Shown: in pieces, positions 9,431 through 16,915 of the stretch
Layout of the letters: each line of letters opens with the position of its first letter
How positions within the stretch are numbered: the first letter of the stretch is position 1
Program-made: the position numbers and the translations under genes
From: an uncultured Thermoprotei archaeon
GTDB lineage: Archaea > Thermoproteota > Thermoprotei > Thermofilales > B15-G2
Length of the DNA stretch: 17,132 nt
NCBI GenBank assembly: GCA_965367815.1
Contig: CBDUKN010000030.1
Span: 1-17,132, forward strand
Direction of reading: 5' to 3'
The notes under the pieces: generated by a model
Seen by the model: only the letters and a program-made list of their open reading frames with translations
Database searches by the model: none
Told to the model about the DNA's origin: nothing

Positions 9431-9560
9431 AGCGGGATTACTTGACTTAAACCCTATATTAATTTAACTGTCAATGGAAATGTTAATTGTATACTATAGT
9501 GAGGTAAAAATTATTTAGAAAAACTTTTATTTTTAATATTATGGAGGTAATAGTTTACGT

Positions 9561-9962
9561 TTATTTACTAGGAGTAATACCGGCTTTTACTTTTATTTCC
9601 TGGACTTTCTGTATTATTTCTTCTACTAATGAAGCAGCGTCTCCTGGCTCAATTATACACGCCGAGGCGGCAGCAACCTCTATTCCGGCAGCTTCACCTA
9701 ACTTCTTCTTTGAGGGGACGTATATGTAGGGTATCTTCTTTTCTTCACATAGTAGAGGTAAGTGTGCAACGATTTCGGGAGGGTCGACATCTTCTGCTAT
9801 CAATACTAGTTTTGCTAGACCTCTTTCAACGGCTTTTGTTGTCTCGTTTGTGCCCTTTTTGATTTTGCCTCCGCTGGCTTTAGCAAGTCTTAGAGCTTCA
9901 TAAGCTTTCTCAGCTAATTCTTCCGGCACTTCGAATCTTACATAGAAGGGTTTGCTGGACAT
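9561..9962 (-). CDS. rpl7ae: 50S ribosomal protein L7Ae (K-turn binding protein)
   Basis: [35 protein letters not shown]. Start moved from the track's GTG 9971 to ATG 9962 because that GTG lies inside the SD GGTGAGG. Confidence 0.97.
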   Translation of the reverse strand: MSSKPFYVRFEVPEELAEKAYEALRLAKASGGKIKKGTNETTKAVERGLAKLVLIAEDVDPPEIVAHLPLLCEEKKIPYIYVPSKKKLGEAAGIEVAAASACIIEPGDAASLVEEIIQKVQEIKVKAGITPSK

Positions 9963-10022
9963 ATCCCTCACCTTTCATCGTTCATTTAAGAGTAACAATT
10001 CTTTTTCGAATATAAGTCTTTC
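9963..10022 (-). promoter_or_regulatory. rpl7ae promoter and short 5' UTR with K-turn/K-loop-like motif overlapping the SD
   Basis: Minus strand: purine-rich BRE-like segment then CTTATATT (10016-10009); expected TSS about 9986; leader AUGAACGAUGAAAGGUGAGGGAU has repeated GA/UGA boxes. Confidence 0.55.
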
Positions 10023-10068
10023 CGCGTTAGGATATTCCCATAAGTATGAGGTCACTTGATATGTTTTA

Positions 10069-10083
10069 GAAAAACTTATAAAT
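10069..10083 (+). promoter_or_regulatory. BRE-TATA promoter of rpl24e
   Basis: GAAAAACTTATAAAT about 30 nt upstream of ATG 10111. Confidence 0.65.
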
Positions 10084-10110
10084 TTGTATGGAATAGGGGA
10101 GTGAAGTACC

Positions 10111-10311
10111 ATGCCAAGAGTAAGAAAATGTACGTTCTGTGGAAGAGAAATTCCACCAGGGACTGGCATGATGTACGTACGAACAGATGGAACGATATAC
10201 TACTTTTGCTCGAGGAAATGTAGAGTCAGTATGCTCCAGTTTAAACGAAACCCGCTGAAGTGGAAGTGGACAGAGAAGTATAGACTCGCTAAGAAAGCGA
10301 AAACAAGTTAA
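10111..10311 (+). CDS. rpl24e: 50S ribosomal protein L24e
   Basis: CTFCG-x-PGTG-x-YFCSRKC zinc motif; RNPLKWKWT. Confidence 0.97.
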   Translation: MPRVRKCTFCGREIPPGTGMMYVRTDGTIYYFCSRKCRVSMLQFKRNPLKWKWTEKYRLAKKAKTS

Positions 10312-10324
10312 GAAAACTTATAAC
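10312..10324 (+). promoter_or_regulatory. BRE-TATA promoter of infB
   Basis: GAAAACTTATAAC directly after the rpl24e stop, about 32 nt before GTG 10356. Confidence 0.55.
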
Positions 10325-10355
10325 TGTCTTCTTGTCAACTATTTGGGGTTCTTAA

Positions 10356-12146
10356 GTGTCATATTACTATAGATCCCCAATAGTTGTAGTCCTAGGACAT
10401 GTAGATGTAGGGAAAACTGCTCTTTTAGACAAAATCAGAGGTACAGCTGTTACTCTCAAGGAGCCTGGCACAATGACTCAACATATAGGAGCCTCTTTCC
10501 TACCATGGAAAATTCTTGAAAAAATGTGTGGTCCGCTTGTAAAAGCTGTAAAAGCTAAAGTTAAAATCCCTGGAATACTTGTAATAGATACTCCTGGGCA
10601 CGAAGCTTTTGCTAACCTAAGAAGAAGAGGAGGGTCTATAGCAGATTTGGCTATTCTAGTCGTGGATGTTATCAAGGGGTTTGAAAGGCAAACCTACGAG
10701 TGCATTGATATTCTGAGGTCTAGGTCAACTATGTTTATTATAGCAGCTAACAAAATAGATAAAATACCTGGCTGGAATCCTCAACCAGGTAAGCCTTTTG
10801 TTGAGACAATTAGACATCAGCGAGAAGACGTGCAAATAAGGTTAGAGGAGTACTTATACAGGATAATTGCTGAAATGAATAAACTAGGCTATAGATGTGA
10901 TAGATACGATAGAGTTAGAGATTTTTCGAAAACTGTCGCTATAGTACCAACGAGCGCCCTGACTGGTGAAGGTATACCGGATCTCCTCCTGGTTCTAGCT
11001 GGTATGGCTCAAAAATACTTACTCGATAGACTGAAGACTACTATACGTAAAGGAAAGGGTGTAGTGCTAGAAGTTAGAGAGGAACCAGGGTTAGGAACTG
11101 TTGTAGATACTATTCTATATGATGGTGTTATAAGAAAGGGTGACCTAATAGTTGTAGGTGGTCTTGGCGAGCCTATTGTAACAAAAGTGAAGGCTTTGTT
11201 AATGCCTAAACCAATGGATGAAATGAGGTCTCCTGAAGACCGCTTTAAATCGGTTGATAAAGTTATGGCGGCGGCAGGAGTCAGAATAGTTGCAACAAGC
11301 TTAGACAAAGCAGTAGCCGGAGCACCTGTAATAGTTGTAGATGAGTCTGAAGTAAGTAAAGCCGTAAAAGAAGTCATAGAAGAAATATCGAGTATTAGAT
11401 TTAGCAAAGAAGTTAACGGTGTAGTTGCTAAAGCAGATACCCTCGGAACACTCGAAGCTCTAGTCAGCTACTTAGAATCTAAAGGCATTCCCGTAAGATA
11501 TGCTGATGTCGGTCCGGTTACTAAAAGAGATATAGTAGAGGCATCTCTCGTAAAAGAGAAAGAGAAAAACTATGGAGTAGTTCTCGCATTCAATGTAAAA
11601 GTATATCCGGAAGCTGAAGACGAGGCATATAAATATGGTGTAAGAATATTTAGGAATAATATCCTTTACAGGCTTGTCGAGGAATACTTAGAGTGGATAA
11701 AAATGGAGAAAGATAAGAGAGTCGCCTACATTTTATCTAAGTGCGTGCTGCCAGGAAAAATACGTATTTTGCCAGGATACGTTTTCAGAAGAAGTAACCC
11801 AGCGATAGTAGGTATTGAGGTCTTAGCGGGAAGAATTAAGCCTGGCTATCCTCTAATTAAAGAAAGTGGAAGGAGAATTGGAGAAATCATGCAGATACAG
11901 GAACATGGAAAACCCATATCAGAGGCTACTGCTGGAATGGCTGTAGCAATATCTATAAGAGGAGATATAATCGTGGGCAGACAAGTAAAGGAAGGAGACA
12001 TCTTGTACACTGATGTACCGTTTTCTGATGCTCAGTTAATAGCAGAAGAGCTCAAAGGTGTGTTGAGCGAGGAGGAGTTTAAAGTGCTGGATGAAATAAT
12101 GGAAATCAAAAGGAAGTACTTAATGGAGCGTAGAAGCAAAACTTAG
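10356..12146 (+). CDS. infB: Translation initiation factor aIF5B (IF-2)
   Basis: G1 GHVDVGKT, TQHIGA, DTPGHEAF, NKID, SALTGEG, KADTLGTLEAL; GTG start; no intein. Confidence 0.97.
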   Translation: MSYYYRSPIVVVLGHVDVGKTALLDKIRGTAVTLKEPGTMTQHIGASFLPWKILEKMCGPLVKAVKAKVKIPGILVIDTPGHEAFANLRRRGGSIADLAILVVDVIKGFERQTYECIDILRSRSTMFIIAANKIDKIPGWNPQPGKPFVETIRHQREDVQIRLEEYLYRIIAEMNKLGYRCDRYDRVRDFSKTVAIVPTSALTGEGIPDLLLVLAGMAQKYLLDRLKTTIRKGKGVVLEVREEPGLGTVVDTILYDGVIRKGDLIVVGGLGEPIVTKVKALLMPKPMDEMRSPEDRFKSVDKVMAAAGVRIVATSLDKAVAGAPVIVVDESEVSKAVKEVIEEISSIRFSKEVNGVVAKADTLGTLEALVSYLESKGIPVRYADVGPVTKRDIVEASLVKEKEKNYGVVLAFNVKVYPEAEDEAYKYGVRIFRNNILYRLVEEYLEWIKMEKDKRVAYILSKCVLPGKIRILPGYVFRRSNPAIVGIEVLAGRIKPGYPLIKESGRRIGEIMQIQEHGKPISEATAGMAVAISIRGDIIVGRQVKEGDILYTDVPFSDAQLIAEELKGVLSEEEFKVLDEIMEIKRKYLMERRSKT

Positions 12147-12224
12147 AGACATTACTGTAGCGTATAAAGAATTTTATTATATTCTAATTGGTATTTAGAA
12201 AGAATACCTAAGCTTAGTTTTAAG

Positions 12225-12238
12225 GAAAAACTTATAGG
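12225..12238 (+). promoter_or_regulatory. BRE-TATA promoter of rps6e
   Basis: GAAAAACTTATAGG about 34 nt before ATG 12272; same motif as before rpl24e and infB. Confidence 0.6.
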
Positions 12239-12271
12239 TTTGATTAGTTAGGGAGAAACGGCGATTAATAT

Positions 12272-12646
12272 ATGCCAGAATTCAAAGTAGTAGTTTCAGA
12301 TCCTAAAACGGGGAAGGCTAAAACAATTGAAGTAAAGGGTAGAGAAGCAGAAGCACTTCTAGGACTGAAAATAGGAGACGAAGTAGACGGAAGCATTCTC
12401 GGTCTTCCAGGAGTAAAGCTAATGATAACAGGAGGATCAGGTAAAGCTGGGGAGCCTATGAGACCTGACATACATGGCGGTGTAAAGAAGAGAGTACTGC
12501 TCTCAGGGCCTCCAGGTTATCATCCACCTAAGAAGGGGCTAAGAAAGCGTAAGTTTATTCGAGGAAACGTTATTACTGAAGATATAGTACAAGTAAACAT
12601 GAAAATAGTGTATGAGAAGCCGGATCAAAAGCCGGTAATCACTTAA
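12272..12646 (+). CDS. rps6e: 30S ribosomal protein S6e
   Basis: FKVVVSDP, LGLKIGD, ITGGSG-x-G-x-PMRPD, GLRKRKFIRGN, QVNMKIV. Confidence 0.96.
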   Translation: MPEFKVVVSDPKTGKAKTIEVKGREAEALLGLKIGDEVDGSILGLPGVKLMITGGSGKAGEPMRPDIHGGVKKRVLLSGPPGYHPPKKGLRKRKFIRGNVITEDIVQVNMKIVYEKPDQKPVIT

Positions 12647-12752
12647 AATAAGTTCAAATTTTATGAATTTTAATGAATATAGCTTATGTACTTTTGTAAA
12701 GTAAAATTAAATAGCTGGAAAATATATTTCAGAAACTGTCTTAGGTGGCACT

Positions 12753-14006
12753 ATGTCTGCGCCTAAAGTTCAGCCTTTAGTCAATATAGGTACAGCAGGA
12801 CACGTAGATCATGGTAAAACAACCTTAGTTGAGGCAATAACAGGAATATGGGCTGCTAGGCACTCAGAAGAGTTAAAGCGAGGAATAACTCTGAAATTAG
12901 GATATGCTGATACAGCTATTTTTAAATGTCCTAAGTGTCCTCCTCCACAGTGCTATACTTCTGAGGCTTTATCTCCTGAAGGTGTTTGTAAATATTGTGG
13001 ATCACCTCTAGAGTTCGTCCGAAGAATATCTTTTGTAGATGTACCAGGACACGAGATGCTCATGGCTACAATGATAGCTGGGTCCACGCTAATGGATGGA
13101 GTAGTTTTCGTAATAGATGCTTCAGAGCCGTGTCCACAGCCACAGACTAAAGAGCATTTCGCAGCACTGACAATAATGGGTATAAAAAACATAGTCATAG
13201 TGCAAAACAAAATCGATATTGTGCCTAAAGAAAAAGTTATTGAAAACTATAACCAGATATTAAAGTTTATTAAAGGCACTTGGGCCGAAGGAGCTCCAAT
13301 AATTCCTGTCTCAGCTCTACATAAAGTCAATGTAGATGCTGTTATTGAAGCCATCGAAGAATGTATTCCTACTCCACAGAGAGATCCAACATTACCTCCA
13401 AGGATGCTAGTAGCACGGTCATTTGATGTAAATAAACCCGGCACACCTCCCGACAAACTTAAAGGAGGAGTTTTAGGAGGAACAATAATTCAAGGTAAAT
13501 TTAGAATAAGTGACGAAATAGAAATAAGACCTGGAATAAGAGTTGTAGGTCAGAGAGGGAAAATAGAGTATAGACCTTTGTTTACTGAAATAGTTAGCTT
13601 AAAGAGCGGAAACATAGAACTGGAAGAAGCTAGACCTGGAGGACTGATAGGTGTAGGGACTCTTCTAGATCCAAGCTTAACTAAAGCAGATGCGCTGATA
13701 GGAAACGTTGTAGGTAAGCCAGGTACTCTACCTCCAGTCTGGAATACTTTAGAGCTCGATGTACATCTTCTCGAGAGAGTCGTCGGTTTAGCTCAAGAAA
13801 AGAAAGTAGAGAAAATAAAGCCTAAAGAACCCTTAATGCTAAACGTAGGTACTGCTACAACTCTAGGTATAGTCACTTCAGTAAGTGAAAATATAGTGAA
13901 TATAGTTTTAAGAAAGCCTGTATGCGCAGAAAAAGGAGCTAGGGTAGCTATCAGTCGGCAGGTAATGGGACGCTGGAGGCTTGTAGGATACGGTATTATT
14001 AGATGA
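12753..14006 (+). CDS. eif2g: Translation initiation factor aIF2 subunit gamma
   Basis: GHVDHGKT, EELKRGITLKLGY, zinc knuckle CPKC...CKYC, DVPGHE, QNKID, RSFDVNKPG, RWRLVGYG. Confidence 0.98.
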   Translation: MSAPKVQPLVNIGTAGHVDHGKTTLVEAITGIWAARHSEELKRGITLKLGYADTAIFKCPKCPPPQCYTSEALSPEGVCKYCGSPLEFVRRISFVDVPGHEMLMATMIAGSTLMDGVVFVIDASEPCPQPQTKEHFAALTIMGIKNIVIVQNKIDIVPKEKVIENYNQILKFIKGTWAEGAPIIPVSALHKVNVDAVIEAIEECIPTPQRDPTLPPRMLVARSFDVNKPGTPPDKLKGGVLGGTIIQGKFRISDEIEIRPGIRVVGQRGKIEYRPLFTEIVSLKSGNIELEEARPGGLIGVGTLLDPSLTKADALIGNVVGKPGTLPPVWNTLELDVHLLERVVGLAQEKKVEKIKPKEPLMLNVGTATTLGIVTSVSENIVNIVLRKPVCAEKGARVAISRQVMGRWRLVGYGIIR

Positions 14007-14769
14007 AGAGAGGCTGTACGAAGAGTACTTCTGCAAACATCATTAGAAAGTAAGTGATCAGTGAAGCAATAATCGCTCTTATGGGAGTCATTTTTCGCTC
14101 CGATATATAGATAGCTAAACATACTACTATGTTCCATAGTGAGAAGAACCAGGCATAGTAAGTTCTGATAGTGCTCATAGGCCAAGGCGCATTGCTGATC
14201 CACTGAGCAACTGCATGTGCTACTATGAGATCCTTTATTTTTGTAGTACATGAAGCAGAATAAGTAATAAAGATAGTTAAGGAAGGCATTGAACTTAAGA
14301 AGAATACTAAATGTAGTGTATCAATAATCATATGAAGCAAGTACACTGAAAACAGATACCCTGTAGCGGAGAAAAGAGATGCGTGTTCTCCTTGACCTTT
14401 AAGTATACTTGAGACCAACCAGAATACTCCGAATGCAATGAACCACCTCATAACAACGCCTAGTATTCTTAGTGATGCAATTGAAGTTAACTGTGATATA
14501 TAACCGCCACTTAAACTGACTTTGGTGCCGTTATAGTACAATATTTCGGCCTTAGAATACCATAGAAATCCTTCGTAGAGCGAAATTACAATTACCAGTG
14601 AGACCACTATGACTGGGCCTAAAAAGTCAGGTGATCGTGATACTTCATCGAAGAGTTTGAAGGGGTTCACATAGACTAAGCATATTCTTCTCAATGAGCG
14701 CTTTAAGTGAGTAAGGAGCGTTGGAGGCTTTGCGTAGACAAGCATCGATTCTTTTATTTCTCCCTCCAA
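13999..14769 (-). CDS. Yip1-domain integral membrane protein
   Basis: N-terminal NPFKLF motif followed by about five hydrophobic segments, central ILKGQG...FSATGY. TTG start is uncertain. Convergent 8-nt overlap with eif2g. Confidence 0.7.
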   Translation of the reverse strand: MEGEIKESMLVYAKPPTLLTHLKRSLRRICLVYVNPFKLFDEVSRSPDFLGPVIVVSLVIVISLYEGFLWYSKAEILYYNGTKVSLSGGYISQLTSIASLRILGVVMRWFIAFGVFWLVSSILKGQGEHASLFSATGYLFSVYLLHMIIDTLHLVFFLSSMPSLTIFITYSASCTTKIKDLIVAHAVAQWISNAPWPMSTIRTYYAWFFSLWNIVVCLAIYISERKMTPIRAIIASLITYFLMMFAEVLFVQPLFI

Positions 14770-14825
14770 GTTCTCACCGAGGTATTTTCATGATATTTAC
14801 TTAAATAGTATTCTGTGTGCTTCCG

Positions 14826-15062
14826 TTACGCACAGATGAGCGTTTCTGTTCGTTCTACTTCTTGCATTTGTCTTATTTTTGTAACAATGAAGCCTAGTCT
14901 TTCTATATTTTCTGTTTCAACTTTGACAATTATGTCCCAGCTACCATATGTTATAAATCCCTCTTTTACTTCTTCAATTTTTCTTAATTCTTCTAGTACT
15001 GAATATTCACATCCGCCTTTAACTACTATCAGTATATATGCGATTATTTTATTTTGAGACAC
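14826..15062 (-). CDS. Stand-alone Lrp/AsnC ligand-binding (RAM) domain protein
   Basis: 78 aa: AYILIVV...TYGSWDIIVKVE...IRQMQEVERTETLI; no HTH; GTG start. Confidence 0.88.
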   Translation of the reverse strand: MSQNKIIAYILIVVKGGCEYSVLEELRKIEEVKEGFITYGSWDIIVKVETENIERLGFIVTKIRQMQEVERTETLICA

Positions 15063-15140
15063 ATGATTTGAGTATATACTTCGCTATAAACTTTTAGGTT
15101 TGATGTATCTTCAATACTTATCAAGTAGTTCTAACGGATT

Positions 15141-15158
15141 GATAAAAATATATACTTT
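15141..15158 (+). promoter_or_regulatory. TATA box of the AbrB gene (probably leaderless transcript)
   Basis: GATAAAAATATATACTTT; the TATA at 15148-15155 places the TSS at about the ATG 15177. Confidence 0.55.
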
Positions 15159-15176
15159 CACTGTATATCCTACCTT

Positions 15177-15527
15177 ATGAGCAAAAAGGGAAGAAGGGGA
15201 GTCAGAGGGTTTGATGTAAAGTCTCTTCCCTATGTTTCAAGAGTATATGTTAATAATCAAGTACTTTTGCCTGCAAGTCTAATTAGAGCACTTGGAATAA
15301 GAGACTTAAAGTATGCTAAAATTACTTTTAAATACAAAGATCAAGTGTTGACTATAAGAGCAACGTTGCTGCGTACGAGAAATACTGATTCAAGACAGTT
15401 CACAATACCTAAGAATATCAGAGAGAGATACGGTATCAAGCCCGGAGATAGTGTAGAAATACTTTCGATAACAAAATTAGCCAGACACGAAGAAGAAGAA
15501 ATTGCTGTTAAAAGGAGATCTCGTTAA
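15177..15527 (+). CDS. AbrB/MazE/SpoVT-family DNA-binding protein with two swapped-hairpin repeats
   Basis: Internal repeats QVLLPASLIRALGI and QFTIPKNIRERYGIKPGDSVEI; very basic. Confidence 0.8.
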   Translation: MSKKGRRGVRGFDVKSLPYVSRVYVNNQVLLPASLIRALGIRDLKYAKITFKYKDQVLTIRATLLRTRNTDSRQFTIPKNIRERYGIKPGDSVEILSITKLARHEEEEIAVKRRSR

Positions 15528-15576
15528 TATAGTTCGTTTTTCCCGAATTTCTTTGGTGTAAGGTTGCTTTTTACTT

Positions 15577-15592
15577 GAAAAATATTTAAATG
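15577..15592 (+). promoter_or_regulatory. BRE-TATA promoter of the C/D sRNA
   Basis: GAAAAATATTTAAATG; predicted TSS about 15613-15615, just before box C. Confidence 0.6.
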
Positions 15593-15612
15593 ATAGTGTG
15601 ACAGAAAAAATA

Positions 15613-15669
15613 GCGGATGATGTGACCGCTACACGATGATTGATGACGAAGGTTAAAAGCGCTGACACT
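15613..15669 (+). ncRNA. Box C/D small RNA (2'-O-methylation guide)
   Basis: C ATGATGT 15617-15623; 12-nt guide GACCGCTACACG; D' ATGA 15636-15639; 3-nt loop; C' ATGACGA 15643-15649; 12-nt guide AGGTTAAAAGCG; D CTGA 15662-15665. Intergenic with its own TATA box. Confidence 0.85.
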
Positions 15670-15710
15670 TTGAGATAAATATATACTTTGCTTTTCTTTA
15701 ATTAAATGGT

Positions 15711-16085
15711 ATGTCCGAAGATAAATCACTTGAATTGCTTAGGAAGAAGAAGTTGCTCGAGCTACAAATGAAGTTGCTAGAAAAGCAGCTAAGGGAAAAA
15801 GAACCGAAAATATCTCCTAAAAAAATACTGGAATCAGTGCTCACTCCTAAGGCTAAAGAAATTCTGAGAGAGGCTAGAAGACAGTATCCTGAGGCAACTG
15901 AAAGAGTAATAGAGATTTTAGCAAACTATGTTGTTGAAAAGGGCATAAAGAAAATAGATGGAGTAACATTATACAATATTTTCCTAAATCTTGGGTTACC
16001 AGTAAGAATTGAAACAAAGATAGTATACAAAAGTCGGGGTGAAGTGAAGAGTATTCGCGAGCTGCTTAAAAACAAAGAAGATTAA
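15711..16085 (+). CDS. PDCD5/TFAR19-related DNA-binding protein (divergent paralog)
   Basis: LELLRKKKLLELQ N-terminal helix, ILESVLTPKAKEIL, YPE, KIDGVTL, ETKI; likely leaderless (TATA 15679-15686). Confidence 0.75.
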   Translation: MSEDKSLELLRKKKLLELQMKLLEKQLREKEPKISPKKILESVLTPKAKEILREARRQYPEATERVIEILANYVVEKGIKKIDGVTLYNIFLNLGLPVRIETKIVYKSRGEVKSIRELLKNKED

Positions 16086-16150
16086 CATTCTATTATACTC
16101 AAAGCATAGACTTATAAATATCGAAAATCATCTTCTTACGGTGCGTAAGT

Positions 16151-16465
16151 TTGGCTAAAATATCGAAACTCATTGTCGTATATACTACATGGGACCCTAT
16201 ATCAAAGTATGTGAGGAGAGTTTGTAGAGAAGTAGCCAAAGAAGAAGGAATAGAACTTGATGAAAGAGAAGAAGACTGGGAATTTTTGGCCAAGTACGGT
16301 GAAAAAGACGAGATTGCAGGAGTAGATATTCCCCAGGTACTGCTTCAATACGACGATGGTAAAATAGTGCACGTAATGACTCGTATTCCCATAACTGATA
16401 AAGGTAAACCTGATATTGATAAAGCGAAAAATATAATAAAGAACGCCATTAAGGGGGAAGCCTGA
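16151..16465 (+). CDS. Thioredoxin/glutaredoxin-fold protein lacking CxxC
   Basis: beta-alpha start VVYTTWDPISKYVRRVCREVA, cis-Pro-like DIPQV, GKIVHV; TTG start; TATA CTTATAAA at 16111-16118. Confidence 0.6.
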   Translation: MAKISKLIVVYTTWDPISKYVRRVCREVAKEEGIELDEREEDWEFLAKYGEKDEIAGVDIPQVLLQYDDGKIVHVMTRIPITDKGKPDIDKAKNIIKNAIKGEA

Positions 16466-16893
16466 TGAAAACCAAGTTAGTTATAGTTGAATGTAGTGAA
16501 GGGAAATGTACTAAAATAGATATAAAGGAAGGTGAACTAGAGGAGGTTGTAAAAAACTTAGCAAAAGAAGCGCTCGGAAAATGGAATACCAGCGAGTCTG
16601 ATTTCTTCGTTACACACGATGTTAGAGTAATTTCAAGAAAACTACCATTAAGTAAAGGAGAGTTTGAAGTACTCTCTAAGTTTAATTTAAGAAGAAGTGG
16701 AAATGAAGCAATAGCAGAAATTCCTGTCTATGAAATTTCGTACGACAATCAATGGAGTGGTGATAGCGTTACTGTAAAAAGTATAATACTAGTAGCTCCC
16801 TACATCGACGAAGACTTCAAAAACGAAATTATTGAATATGCAAAAGAGCTTACGACAATGTCGTCTGAAGAGTTCTTAGAAGAGGAGCTATAA
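16465..16893 (+). CDS. Conserved crenarchaeal hypothetical protein, DUF2286-like
   Basis: EGELEEVVK, W-x-SDFFV, PVYEISYDNQW and VAPYIDE recalled as DUF2286 motifs; TGATG stop/start overlap with the upstream gene. Confidence 0.7.
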   Translation: MKTKLVIVECSEGKCTKIDIKEGELEEVVKNLAKEALGKWNTSESDFFVTHDVRVISRKLPLSKGEFEVLSKFNLRRSGNEAIAEIPVYEISYDNQWSGDSVTVKSIILVAPYIDEDFKNEIIEYAKELTTMSSEEFLEEEL

Positions 16894-16915
16894 AAGATCT
16901 ACGAAACAAGATTAT

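Noticed and set aside
9431-9560. AT-rich intergenic region as a replication origin
   Set aside because: No ORB or mini-ORB repeats seen; explained by an rpl7ae T-rich terminator-like tract and the rps28e TATA box.
10398-10421. aIF5B P-loop GHVDVGKT rather than GHVDHGKT as a possible inactivating change
   Set aside because: This position varies in Thermoproteales aIF5B as I recall, and all other G motifs are intact; useful only as a taxonomic hint.
6437-12146. Inteins in MCM or aIF5B, which are common insertion sites
   Set aside because: Both have normal lengths with contiguous P-loop regions and no splice-junction or LAGLIDADG motifs.
9541-16293. Small alternative ORFs 9541-9729, 9629-9862, 9975-10169, 10478-10675, 11009-11407, 12265-12471, 12953-13210, 13247-13456, 13793-14251, 14815-15057, 15477-15668, 16099-16293
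   Set aside because: They overlap confident genes, promoters or the C/D sRNA, and show no protein-family features.
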